DNA from: Paraspadella gotoi
Lineage: Eukaryota; Animalia; Chaetognatha
Direction: 5' to 3'
Assembly: GCA_051294375.1 (NCBI GenBank)
Contig: CM119267.1
Span: forward strand, 8,461,814 to 8,525,813
DNA length: 64,000 bases
The position numbers and the translations under genes were made by a program. The notes below the pieces were generated by a model, which searched no databases, was not told the DNA's origin, and saw only the letters and a program-made list of their open reading frames with translations. Of the stretch, positions 38,997 through 64,000 are shown in pieces (within the stretch, counting starts at the first letter, position 1; the number at the start of each line of letters is the position of its first letter).

Positions 38997-41900
38997 AACA
39001 ACCACTTCAATTTCGCTACCACAATTTAATACCAAACCAATTACAATCACTCAATACCAACGTAAATCCCACGACCACAATTAGACACAACAGACGTACC
39101 GCAACATCAAAAGCCAGCAACAACTGTGTACAACAATATCATCCAACTTCTAACCTCTTCCCCTTCCCCGAGGGGAATTTTAACTTCGGTCCTTCCAGCT
39201 TCGATATCTTTCTCCGTTTCTTCCACTGCAGAGAATCAAATGAAATAAATTTATATTAATTGAATAATACTTTAATGTTAATGTTTAAGTAGATTTTGTT
39301 TTATCTCAATTTTCTCTTTTCACACTCACATCTTGGCTTTTGGGGGTTTTTGGGCTGACCCTGCTTGGACGCCTGGGATCCTTCGTCGGATTGGTTACTG
39401 GCCGATGGGCCGTCTCCTGATTGGTCGAGAATTACGGATTCTCGATACTGTTTTCTGATTGGCTGCGTCGTTTCCGCGCACTGAGCGGAGGAAGGGGAAG
39501 GAGGCTTGTGGGAGGAGAGAGAAAGAATTATTTTTTTTCCAAAGGAAATTCCCCCATTAAAACCGGTTCTCGAGCCTTCTCTCCCGAACCTACCTCGTGA
39601 ATTCTGTTGCCGAGCTCGGAAAGCCTCGTTCTCTTGCTCCTCGGCGGGACCGGCGGGGGTTTAGGGGGCGGGGGTGCCAGCCTGGTGGGCGTCAATCTTC
39701 CGGGCACGGGCGAGGCGTGGGGCTGCGCTGACGGGAGGGAGGGTGATCTTCGGGGGGCGGCGGACTCCACGTTTTGTTGGGTGGCGGATCTTGGGGTCAG
39801 AGTGGCGCTGCTTCCGGGACCGGCGCTTGAAACGAAGAAAGGTTTTGTGTTCGCGCAATGAAAAGGACGACAACAACAACGCTAACGATTCACGAAGCTC
39901 ACCCGTTGAAGCTGAAATACTGGGGCTGATGCTGCGCCTGATGCTGCGCCTGTCTCGCGGCGGGCGAGTGCGGATCGATGGACGGGAGATCCAGGTGGTC
40001 GTCGTAGGGGGGCGGGGGGGTCTCGTCGCCGCAATGGGCGTCTCCGCCGCCGCCGATGAAGCCCGTCGCCTCCCCCGAGGGCGTCGTCGCTTCGTCGGCG
40101 TCGTCGCCGCCCGACGGCGTCGCGTGACCGTTGACGAGGACGCCGCCGTCTCTGCCAAAATTGTAATAAAAAAAATAATACGATGATACTTATAAAATAT
40201 TAATTCCACTAACGATCGATTTTAGCAGTCTTTCTCCCGAAGGCTTCGCCGCATTATTTAAATCGCCACGTAGTAGATCGAATTTAATGAATAACTTTTG
40301 CTAGCAATTAGGAATAATTTCTCGATAATAGTCTTTCATCGTTTCGTGTACAACGTAGGACCCGTACTGTGAACCAACTGCCACGACCAACCTCATGGGC
40401 GAAGATAATCGGTTGAGCGCGAATTGATTTTGTTCTTCCGACGCCGACGACGGATCGATGGAAGAATTCGGGGCGAATTCTCGGGAGTGGGAGGAGATGG
40501 ATGAGGGGATGGAGGAATCAGAGGCACTGCGAGGGAAGAGAGAATTTGATCGATTGATTGACTGATTCATCTATTAAATTATTTATTTAGTTAAGTATTG
40601 ATTGATTGCTTGATTCATTTTATACATTTAATAATAAAAGAATAAAATTATATTTGCGTTGCTCGATTGATTGATTGATCCGCTTCGATTCGATTCCCTG
40701 TTCACAAGTGATTAAATGGTTGAATGATTGACTCGATTTCTTGATTGATTGGTTGATCGTTCGATTGATCGTTCTCACCATCGATGCATCCTTGCGCCAT
40801 TTTCGCCATCGACGTCGGCGTCTCTCGCCGGCGCCGTCTTCGACTTGGCGCCTCTCGCGTCCGACGCCCTCGACGTCGACTTCCGGTCGTGCAATCGCGT
40901 CCGCGAGGTGGGCGGGCCCGCCGACGATCCTCGATGACGCGCGTGTCCCGACGACGACGACGACGCCGCGTGGGAACGCGGAAACGTGCGGGAGGCGACG
41001 CCCCGGCCGCCTCGACCGCCTCCGCCGCCGGCGGAAGAGACGTCGAGCCGCGCTGGGGAAGACGTCGTCGTAGTTGACGACGGGATAGCCGCGGATTGTT
41101 TGACGCCGGTGACTTGATCGTCGTCGTCTTCGTCGTCGTCTTCGTCGTCGTCCTCGAGGCATTTGGGCGGAAGCGTGTCAGAGGCGGACGGGGAGTCGTT
41201 GTCGGTCGGGTCCGAGCCGAGGCGCTCTTTGGAGCTCGAGATCGGCGTCACCTTGAGGAACAGTAATTTTGAGTTTGTTGCGTCGCACCGGCACTTAATG
41301 GGCTAATCATTTGTTTGTTTTTTTTACCAATCTCGTTTGCATATTATGTATTTCTGTTGATGAAAATAACCATTAATCATTGCAGATAGACAGCCTGACA
41401 CTCTGACAGCAAGACAAACAGACTTGAATAAACTATTTTTTTACGGTTGATACGTCGAGTTACAACCAAACACGGTAATGATAATGCGATTGCTGTTCGA
41501 TTTGTCAGCCCACCAACCTGTTTGGCCTGCTGGAGATCGGACTCCAGCGTGTTGGCGCCGGTGCTCTCCCGGTAAGTCTCGTACATGAGGGTGTTGATGT
41601 GGTTCTGCTGTCGTTCTATCGCCCCCGTCAATTCACCACAACCGGACCCGCCTGTAGAGGGAAGGGTTGGAAATGCAGGGGGGGGAACTGAGATAACGAT
41701 GACAATTTCCTCCCCGAGAACAATGACGAAAGAAATAATGAGAGAGAAAGACCCACCGACCTGATTTTTTGGTTGGCGTCCCGGTGGTTGTTGAAATGAC
41801 GGAGCCGATGGCGTGACGAACGTTGCGAGGAAGACAGCGTTGCAGGGGAGCGGGAAGAGCGGCGTGCCCTCCTGAAAAAGGGATTGATTGATTGCTCGAT

Positions 41901-42225
41901 TGATTAATTGAACATGAACAACCTCTTTATGGATCTCTTGTTTCGATTAAAAATCGACTGACCTCCGCTCTCCTCGGACGTTTCTCCCTCCGAGGTTGAG
42001 CTAACGGCGGAGTAGGCGGGGACGCTGAGGTAACGTCCTCTGAGCGACGCGGGGAGAACGGCGCGGGCGACTGGACCGGAAGTGACCAGAGGGTGACGGC
42101 CGAGATCTTGAAAAGAAAGAGAAGAAAGGAGATAAAGACGATTTAAACGAAGATGTGCTTTACTCTAAAGTATAAACTGTGCTAATTTGGAGTTCATTCT
42201 TATCGTATCATTTTTACGCAGAAAT

Positions 42226-42299
<74 letters not shown>

Positions 42300-42415
42300 G
42301 AGAATAGACAATAGACAATAGACATTAGACAATATTAATTACTTGAGGCTTTAGGCACCTTGAGGGCCTTTAAAAGCTACCTATTTCTCTAGAATATTTA
42401 CAAATTGTAATTGAC

Positions 42416-42506
<91 letters not shown>

Positions 42507-43392
42507 TAAAGTGGCAAAAAGAGAAACAGAAAAATCGCCATCGTGCTGGACGAATCCCTACAAAGATTACCCAAACTCTCACGGCGTTTTTGAGCTGCGC
42601 CGCTGAGGGCGTGGACAGGGATCTTTGGGGCGCGGCGGCGCGGAGAAGCCGTTCGTCCACGAGATTGTTGGAGATCACAGAAGCGGACGGCGGGACGCCG
42701 GGCGCCGCCAAAGAGGACGACATCGTCGCCGCCAAAGTCGACGACGCCGGCGAGTTGGCGTCGTTGGTGGCGCCGCCGAATCCCGGATGAGAGCGGGAGG
42801 CGTTGAGTCCCGCGGCGCCGACGCCGCGCCCGGCGGAAACGGCGCTCGGGGCGTCGAACGTAGGCACGTTGGTTGCGTTGCTGAAGGAAATGGGGATTCG
42901 CATAGTCGGAATAAAAATTGGTCAAAATTTCGCGAAAAAAAATGATTGATAATAAATAAGATAAAATTTTGTTGCAAACCTCGACTCAAGGCGATTTCCG
43001 ACGAGCGCGCCGTTAGCGCCGACTTTCTCTCGTCCGGTCGCGTTCACCGACGCCGCGACGCCGTCTCCGGACGGCGCTGTGACGGCGCCGCGAGAGGACC
43101 CGGCGCCGCCGCCTTCTTTCTTGCGGATTTCCGCTATCACCCGAAAGATCTTCAAAAAAATTAATTAATTTATTTATTTATGTTTTTATTTATTTTTAAA
43201 TTATTTATTTAATTATTATTTATTATTTTATTTATTATTTATTTTATTTATTTATTTTATTTATTATTTATTTATTATTTATTTTATTATTTATTTTATT
43301 ATTTATTTATTTATTTATTTATTATTTATTTATTATTTATTTATTATTTATTTATTATTTATTTATTATTTATTTTATTTTATTATTTATTT

Positions 43393-43423
<31 letters not shown>

Positions 43424-43439
43424 TTTTATTTATTTATTT

Positions 43440-43479
<40 letters not shown>

Positions 43480-43752
43480 AAAATGATTGATTGATTTAGA
43501 TATTTATATATTCATTATTCATTTATTTATTTAAATAGTATCATTGCTCGTTTCGGTGTGACGAATTATTGAATTGATTGGATTGAAATCGATGATGGAC
43601 CGATGGAGTCCAACCTGGAGGACAGCCCCATAGTCGGAGTTGGCGAATTCTTCTTCGAGAGCCTCAAGTTCGAGTTTCTTTCTCGGAGAATCAGTTTTAG
43701 CCTCGGAACTCGACGACCGCCCACCCTGAGTTTCAGGGAATTAATAATGATG

Positions 43753-43847
<95 letters not shown>

Positions 43848-45046
43848 TCTGAAAATTAATATTACATGGAACGAAGCTATTAAGAACGCTTCATTCACCT
43901 CTGTCTGGTTTTTCCTAATTACCTGTTTTATGAGCTTGACGGCGTTTTTACCCATGGAAAGACGCTTGCGAAGGGATTTCAATTTTCTGAATGAAAAGAA
44001 TAAATGAATTAATGAGTCCGTGAAACGACTGAAATAATCACAACTATTTTCCGTACTTTTCGATGCATTTAGCTAATTTACAGTCACCATATTTACGAGA
44101 ATTGGAAACGAGCAAATCCGTCAAGTTCTAAATAATGAAGACTTTTGTTTTATTACAAAAAAATAAAGTCGTACTACAGTGCCACCTATTCAATTCGCTG
44201 TCAATTGGTAACTACTAAATTAAAAAATGAACATCAATTCTGAAACGATTATAAAATTATTACAACCAATATACAAATTATCGCCTCTGAAAATAGAATA
44301 ATTTCTTGAGAAAATGTGACACGCCAATCACGAAATCTTCACAAAAAAAAACTAATTGTTGCAAAAAAAAAAACCAAAAAAAAAACGACTACCGAATAAA
44401 AACAGGAACTGAGCGAACGAGAAACCTTACCGCCGACACCCAGTACGAAAACTGCGACAAATAAAATGAGCAAATATTTGTTAGTTTGTGATTTAAAACA
44501 AAAACTGTATCTAAAAGAGAATTAGCTTGAATTATGAATATGCTAAATATATGCAGATTTGGTGACACGTCGTTAAAAACCCACTCATATAGGCCTACTA
44601 AAAATCATGGTAGTCACAAGAAACACAAGATTTTTAAAATCCCTCATATATCACACACCCGACCAAACCCATCTCCCACCCACCAACTCTAATCCTNNNN
44701 NNNNNNTCCTCTCCCCCACCATCTCCCTCCCCCTCCGCCCCTCACTTCATGATGATCTCCTTCCTCTTGGAGGTGGGCGACCTCATGTCCCTTTGCTTCT
44801 GCGAGACGGCGATGGTGCAAGCGCAAGTCAGGAGCGTGTCGCCGTCGATAGCGTCGGGGGCGGGGTTAGGGGTGGTGGCGTGCTCGTCGACTACCGGCTG
44901 GCCGGCAGCGAGCTGGCCGGCGGCGCTGGCGGCGGCGAGCAAGCCGGAGGCGGCGGCGGAGGCGGGGTCCGGGGCGGAGGTGGAGGAGAGCCGAGTCGGC
45001 CGCGGAGTCGTCGGCGCCGACTTGGAAGCTCCTGATGGGTCGATAA

Positions 45047-45079
<33 letters not shown>

Positions 45080-45895
45080 TCAATCAATCAATCAATCATT
45101 TAATCAATCAGTCAGTTAAATTTGTAAAAGTGAAAGAAGCTACATATGATTTAAAATATCAACAACGTCTGCTGCAGCTCTCGCAGCAAACGCTGCTGCG
45201 GCAAAGGCGTTTGTCACCGCCGCCTCACCTCTGCCCCGGTCCGCTCTTCCGTCGTCTCGCCCGTCGAGCTCGTCGTCTGTCGACGCCTTCGGCTTTGGCT
45301 CGTGCTGCACGCGAAAGTTGCAGCACGGCCGAATCGAGTGCCACACGTGCTGCAGCGGGATGGACTAGAACGGAGGGAGGTTGGGGGTAAGGGCGACAAT
45401 GAAGATGGGTTACTGTAATAGTTTGTCATCACGACTTTATAAATAAACATCGGAGGAGAATATTTTGTAATAATTTGATTTATTAAACCGTTTGATTACA
45501 TACCATGGTGGCATCTTGCCGCAAAACCCACTCGTTCGTGAGGCCCGTGACTCGAACCGTCAGGTTCTCTCCGTTGTCCTGGAGGGAGAAGTGGAAATAT
45601 CGTTGCATAAGTAAATAGACATTGCTAAGAGACGAGGCCCCGATCGAGTATAAAATTATATATATTCATTTTGTTAGTAAAAAAAAATTTACGTCCGGCT
45701 AAGATGTACTGCATCAGTGAAACGACACCTGCGACAAGGCAACATCCCGAAGCATCAAAGGGACAATTTCACACCCTTCTTAGACATTGTCTAAGACAAG
45801 CTTCTCCTTCCTTTGACCCACCATAATAGTGAGCGGCTGCGACGGTGCGATCTGTCTTCCACAATCCTTCGGCACGCCGACGTATTGGAATCGCT
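36220..45895 (-). CDS. Large multi-exon, low-complexity (Ser/Pro/Gln/acidic) protein with a C-terminal death domain; 5' end uncertain, possibly near 48100
   Basis: About 20 GC-rich exons with canonical splice sites. Terminal exons encode GYDWRKLAARMRLDCFIPLLHKRKGYSPTELLLQKWQMEG-RTFFDLKDTMERLGLTGPARIV (death-fold DWRxLA / SPTxxLLxxW pattern), then an acidic tail ending DEEDEDD*. Confidence 0.7.
43163..43477. repeat. (TTTA/TTA)n low-complexity tract in an intron
   Basis: Directly visible. Confidence 0.95.
43743..43847. repeat. (AAT)n microsatellite, intronic; source of the poly-Ile pseudo-ORFs
   Basis: Directly visible. Confidence 0.95.
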
Positions 45896-47216
45896 GAGGA
45901 AGAGAAATCAATCAGTCAATTAAGTGAACGAAGCTTCGAGGCTCGGGATTAAAAAAAAAGAAATTAAATTAAAAAAAAAAAAAAAAAAACTCCCTTCGCC
46001 TTTGACAAACTAGTGATTGACGAGGGAATGAATGGAACCTCGGGGTTTTTTTTTTAGGTCACGGCCGCGGCACAGGTTTAGTTACAAATGAAGTATATGT
46101 ACTAGTACATTTTTTTGGTAATTTATGAAGACAAAAATTAATAAAAATAGGGTAACTCTTACAACCATTAACCTAGTCGCCGCGATAGCTCCTACTTTCG
46201 CTGGAGGTAATGTATTCATTTTAAAACTTGATATATATATATTTTTTTAGATTTTTATTTTAGAACGCTGAAAAATGACCATGAATGTATATTGTATATA
46301 TCTATTTGTGTAGAAGGTCATGAAAGGACTAGAAAATTAAAAGTTTTTGATCTCGCTTAGTACTAGGGTAGAAAATGCTCCTCACCCATAACCATATTTT
46401 TTACAATAATCCTCATTAGAAAAAAATTACAGGAAATGCTGCCAACTTTTAAATAAATGCTGCAAAACTAAAAAATTCTGGTATTTCTTTCATATCTTGA
46501 ATGGCATTAATGATACACGGAGGAAACCAGTTTTAATCTTTAGAGCCTCAACTATTTAAATCTCTTTACTTTAATAGTTCTCCACACTTAATTTTTTGTC
46601 CCATCCGTCTCGCTATCTATCTCCCTCTTTCCACCCTCCCCCACTTCTCCACCGCTTCTCCCTTCCAACCCATTTCCATCGACTCTCCTGCGCGTCTCGA
46701 ACCCGGGGCATTAATCAAACTAATTGAGTCTAATGAGCCCAACGCCGCTCCTGCCCCCAAGAGCATTCTCTCTCCATCAGAGAATCAGGGTTGGTTTTTT
46801 TTTTTTGCAGATCTTTTTTGAAAATCTTTTTTTAATACAATTTAAAAATCGATTTCGAACCATCGTGCTCAATTCCGGTGGCGTAATACTTGTAACAGTA
46901 TATCAAATAAGCATATATATATTATATACGAGGAGCGTTATTCAAAGATTCCTTTTTTTTTTTTCTTATCTTCGGTTATTCGCGTCGTTCTTGTCTTCAT
47001 TCCATTTCCTTTTTTACGACTGTTGCCTCCTCTTCCAATCTTTTCCCTTTCTTTTCCAATCTCCTATCTCCAAGTTGGATCTCCTCTCTCTCTCTCTCTC
47101 TCTCGTCGTCTCTCTCTCACTCTCTTTCCTCTTCTCTCTTCTCGGTTCTCTCTCTCTTCTCCTCTCCTCTCTTTTCTCGCCTCTATCTTCTCTCTGCTCT
47201 CTCTCTCTTCCTCTCT

Positions 47217-47254
<38 letters not shown>

Positions 47255-47818
47255 CTCTCTCCTCCCGCTTCTACAACTTTTCCAGCGTCACCGTGACGAC
47301 TTCTAACTCGCGATCCACGTCCCCTGTCGGAGAAAACCCTAAGAAGACCATTCGTTACGGCGTCCGTCAAAGAGAAAAAAAAAAGGGGAAGTCTAGAGCG
47401 AACATGAGAAGAGAATCGAACCTGGGATCCAAACAAGGGTCAAGTTAGCATCCCATCGAGCAGTTTAAGAAAACAGGGCAAAAGTGGTGGAAGCATCTGT
47501 CAACGACGAACGAATGGGATTTGCTTCCATCACGTCTCCGTAACGATCTCCTCTATCCTCTCTCTCTCTGCNNNNNNNNNNNNNNNNNNNNNNNNNTTCT
47601 CGCGGTCACGTGACGACTTCTCTTCGCGATCACGTCCCCCTGTCGGAGAAAACCAAGAAGAATTCGGTTACGGGTCAACAGAGAAAAAAAAAGGGGAATC
47701 TAGAGCCAAATGAGAAGAAGAATGAACTGGGATCAAAAGGGTCAGTTAGATCATGAGATTAGAAAAGGGAAAAGTGTGAAGCCATGTACGAGAACGAATG
47801 GGATTTGCTATCTCGTAC

Positions 47819-47889
<71 letters not shown>

Positions 47890-48079
47890 ATTGAACGAGC
47901 CTTCTTCAACTGTTCCTCCGTTCCCTCTTCGTTTTTCAGGTCAAAATCAAAGAGAGAAAAAATGCAGGGAGGTTCATCTCTCCCTCACCCGCTCTTCGCT
48001 TCCTCCCAATGAAGTTTTTTTTCTCTCCTCATTTGCATAAATCATATTCATCCGAATTCATATTCATGAGCGGAAATGG

Positions 48080-48120
48080 GTTCGGCCATTTTAACTACAG
48101 GAAGTGAAGCGGAGGATGTG
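48080..48120. promoter_or_regulatory. Candidate core promoter between the divergently oriented death-domain and AK genes
   Basis: cggccatttt (YY1-like AAAATGGCCG on the - strand), ACTACA and GGAAGTG (ETS-like) are clustered within 30 nt. Confidence 0.35.
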
Positions 48121-48583
48121 CTCGGAAAANNNNNNNNNNNNNNNNNNNNNNNNNNNNNNNNNNNNNNNNNNNNNNNNNNNNNNNNNNNNNNNNNNNNNNN
48201 NNNNNNNNNNNNNNNNNNNNNNNNNNNNNNNNNNNNNNNNNNNNNNNNNNNNNNNNNNNNNNNNNNNNNNNNNNNNNNNNNNNNNNGAGAGAGAGAGAGA
48301 GAACCATATGGAGAGAGAGTTGAGATTTTCCTCACGTTTTGAGATTTAGCTAAAGGTTTCCAGCTTCAGGCCAGCAATGTAGACCATTGGTTCATGTCTC
48401 ATCCATTTCTTCGCTCCATTAATCATTCAAAAATATTCCATTTTCTTTTCTGTTATTTAAATTACTACATTTATTCTTTTCGATAAATACTATTAGGTAA
48501 AGACTTTTTGCCATGATCGAAGTGCTATTACGCTAATCTCTTTCCACGTTTGAACCACCCCCTCCTTTTGAACAACTTATGAA

Positions 48584-48618
<35 letters not shown>

Positions 48619-49203
48619 NNNNNNNNNNNNNNNNNNNNNNNNNNNNNNNNNNNNNNNNNNNNNNNNNNNNNNNNNNNNNNNNNNNNNNNNNNNNNNNNNN
48701 NNNNNNNNNNNNNNNNNNNNNNNNNNNNNNNNNNNNNNNNNNNNNNNNNNNNNNNNNNNNNNNNNNNNNNNNNNNNNNNNNNNNNNNNNNNNNNNNNNNN
48801 NNNNNNNNNNNNNNNNNNNNNNNNNNNNNNNNNNNNNNNNNNNNNNNNNNNNNNNNNNNNGAGAGAGAGAGAGAGAGACATTTAAATTTAATTACCTTCG
48901 CAGTTCACCCTTAAAAAACTCTCCCACGTTCAATTTTTTCCTTTCAAAAATTATCGGCTTACATGATTCATTTAGAAAAAAACGCATCGAAAATTGGGGG
49001 AAGATTTCATTTTTTTTCCATAACATTGTATAACATACGAAACAGCTTTAGAAAAAAAAAATTTAAAAGTGTACAACTAAAATAATTCATTTCAATCGTA
49101 GCAAAAGAGAGTAGAGTAGGGGGCTCTTTTTCATTTCAAACTGCGGTACAAAGTCTAAATTTAAATTTAAATTTAAATCGTCAAACGAACGCCAAGATTC
49201 GAC

Positions 49204-61453
<12,250 letters not shown>

Positions 61454-63112
61454 GAAAGAATTTTTTTTTTCGAAAAAGATAAAAAAAAAATAAAATAAAA
61501 TACCGGGCGATCGAACTCGTTTTGTTTTTTTTCCCCCATTTTTTTTACCCTGATATCGAACACCTTCTGTTCCGAAAAGAACTTAAATAAGCTGAATCTT
61601 GAGATTATTACCCGACACGGAAAAACGGCGCCTCCTAATTAAGGAGAAAAAAAAACTTGTTCCGAAAAGACGCGTCAGCCCCTTCGTCGAAAGAAATTGG
61701 GCGACGGAGAAGAATCGGATTAATCTGGTTAATCGTGGTTAATGTAAGACGCGATTGCGTAGTCAAAAGTAAATAATTGTTTCAATTTTGACCCCTAAAG
61801 TGACTGAAACTGGTAAGTTAATAAAATTCTTCAAGTTTGAAGAATAAGAACAAATGGGAAGAAAAGCAAAAAAAATTGGCTTGAACCAAAGGCAGGTGTC
61901 TTTTTTTTTTTGTCTCTCTCTCTCTCTATCCTCTCTTTCTCTCAGTCTCGCCCACATTGCCGAAATTAAGCTGAAACCTGAAAGAAATAACATGGGCTCG
62001 GTCTCAAATCAATCAATTCTCGTTTTGCTTCTTTTCTCGAGCCCTGTTTTTCCCATTTCAGGTTTTTACACTACGTGAATGACTCCAGCCTGATTTATGT
62101 CACTTTGAAAGTAGTATTTTTCTGGAGCGCGGAGCAAAAAAAAAAATTACCCTGAATGCGTCAAATTATACGCGTGACGCTGAAACTAATTACAACTCGA
62201 TCGTCGAGTTTAATTTAGTTTGTGCTGAAATTAACCATCCTATTTTTTTTTTTTTTTTGCAACTGTTTCTTCGTTATACCAAGCCGATTTTTGTAAATTA
62301 AAACAAGGTTTGTTACTTAGGTTCGTCTTGCTTTTAAACTGAACTATAAACTGAATTATGTTGTTGTTAATTTTAAAAAAATAAATGGGTTCACTGACAC
62401 CTTTGAAAAGACCCGCGATTCTCAAGAGTATTCTAGGGCGTGGCTCTCTGCTTTTTTCCAGTTTGGAAGTGCGGAGGTGTCGAGGTTGAGAACGAGGTAA
62501 GGAGTGATCAGTTGGGGGAAAAAAGGTAAGGAGCGATTAAGAGAAGGAAAAGATATGTGGTGAGGAACGATGAGAAGGAGTTGGGTGAGTGAAGCTCAGA
62601 TTCGCGGTTGTGAATCCGACGAATTTCCCCGCGGGATTCGATTCGATTTACTTTTCGTGAACGACGAAACTTCTCCCTTTTCTTTTTTCTTTCACTCGCA
62701 ACAAAAAAGAGAAGTGATTTTGCATAACAAAACGTAGACCGAAATAATTCCTGTAATAACAATAATAATCGGGTACAGATGTTTTTATTTTCAAAAAAAA
62801 AAAATGTTTCTTATTCTCCCCTTTCAGAATTTCGCGAATTTTTTTGTCCAGACGGAAACTGTGAATATATACAGAACAAAAAAGAGAAAATTAACAAAAA
62901 CAAAAGCAAAACTTGAACGCAGCGTCGATTAAGCTATAAAAAAAAGGTAAGGTCGGTGTCTAACTCTGGCCTCCAATCCCCTTACCAAGCGAGTAAGTTT
63001 CGCGCGACTCAACATTCTCAGCGAATCTTCGCCAAAAGTCATAAACACGAAATTCCTAAAAACAAAAAATCCCCCAAACAACCGGTTGGAGACGCTCGAC
63101 GCGAAAACGGAG

Positions 63113-63152
<40 letters not shown>

Positions 63153-63159
63153 AGAGAAG

Positions 63160-63211
<52 letters not shown>

Positions 63212-63586
63212 AAGGAAGGTGGGACAAGTTTAAAAACGAAATCCTGGAAAAAGAAAAAAAAAAAGAATCGTACAAACTTTCGTGAATTTTTTTAATTGCT
63301 ATATTCGCTCGTCCGTTCAGCTTTTTAAAAAAATCTTTGTGGTTCTCATTACGATCGATAATTATTTCGACGAAATCGTAAAACGCAGCCAAAAAAAAAA
63401 AAAAAACATCCGAAAATGCGTCCATCGTTACCTGGCAACCGAATTGGATTGGACCTGCGTCTACTGCGACCTGGGCGCGGCCGACCGTAAGACCAAATAC
63501 TCTTGCTACATCTGCGCCGATGGGACTTTGCGCCGAGTGTTCTTCGAGACGCACGAAAATTTTTGACGCCGTCCGCGCGGAAAGAG

Positions 63587-64000
63587 ATGGCAGAAGGTGG
63601 GAAGACGAGGATTCCGCGACGCCGTTTGAAGTCGACGACGATGACCATCTTGAACGGCGACGCCGACGAAGACGACGCCGCGAAATCTCATTCGCCTCAG
63701 ATCGAACATACGCTGGAAAACGGACTTGACGTCAACGGAGACGTCAACGGAAACACCGTTAAACCGGCGTCGGGCGTCGAGTCTTCGCCGATAACGGCGC
63801 GGACGCCCTCTTCCGTTCCAATGACGCCGCGATCACCGACGAAAGTTCCAAACTGGGCTTCGCCGTCTTCGAAGCCGAACGCGTCTTCGAAGACGACTTC
63901 GGCGACACCGGAAGTCGACGCCGACGGCGAAGCGGCGCAGAAGCGACGAGCATCGCTCATCAAACAGTACGAATGTCTATCGACGGCGTCGAACGATCAT
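63587..64000 (+). CDS. First coding exon of an unidentified gene, truncated by the window end
   Basis: ATG in a gagATGG context opens a stop-free, GC-rich frame to the window end (MAEGGKTRIPRRRLK...KRRASLIKQYECLST). Probable non-coding exons with GTAAGG donors lie at ~62496 and ~62947. Confidence 0.55.
   Translation, partial: MAEGGKTRIPRRRLKSTTMTILNGDADEDDAAKSHSPQIEHTLENGLDVNGDVNGNTVKPASGVESSPITARTPSSVPMTPRSPTKVPNWASPSSKPNASSKTTSATPEVDADGEAAQKRRASLIKQYECLSTASNDH

Noticed and set aside
43566-44007. Poly-Ile ORFs, and the ER/SL-repeat ORFs elsewhere (e.g. 19222, 26998, 46724, 59791)
   Set aside because: Translations of (AAT)n and (AG)n microsatellites, not genes.
47296-47820. ~230-bp direct repeat flanking an N gap
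   Set aside because: The second copy is a deletion-rich version of the first and abuts a gap; typical assembly overlap artefact.

Overview
Eukaryotic (invertebrate animal) genomic DNA with AT-rich, microsatellite-rich introns, GC-rich exons and several N gaps. Most ORF-track entries are exon fragments or antisense shadows, so I assembled genes by eye from splice sites and reading-frame phase. In order: last exon of a PPxY-motif membrane protein; an SLC22-type transporter (-) with a greatly expanded central loop and a small antisense gene nested in one intron; a Ser-rich tail-anchored protein; a secreted acatalytic alpha-carbonic anhydrase; a secreted protein of about 12 four-Cys repeats, followed by an indel-riddled second copy; an allatostatin-C-like precursor; a secreted catalytic alpha-CA; a large low-complexity protein with a C-terminal death domain; and the start of another gene at the right edge. 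The standout is a ~12-kb gene (49204-61453) in which nine adenylate kinase domains sit inside a split paladin-like pseudophosphatase domain (catalytic Cys to Ser), arranged as three divergent-canonical-canonical triplets. Also notable: both CAs have a compact, non-animal-like HFHWPSEH loop, and five GC-AG introns are inferred. All family assignments come from motif recognition, not database searches.
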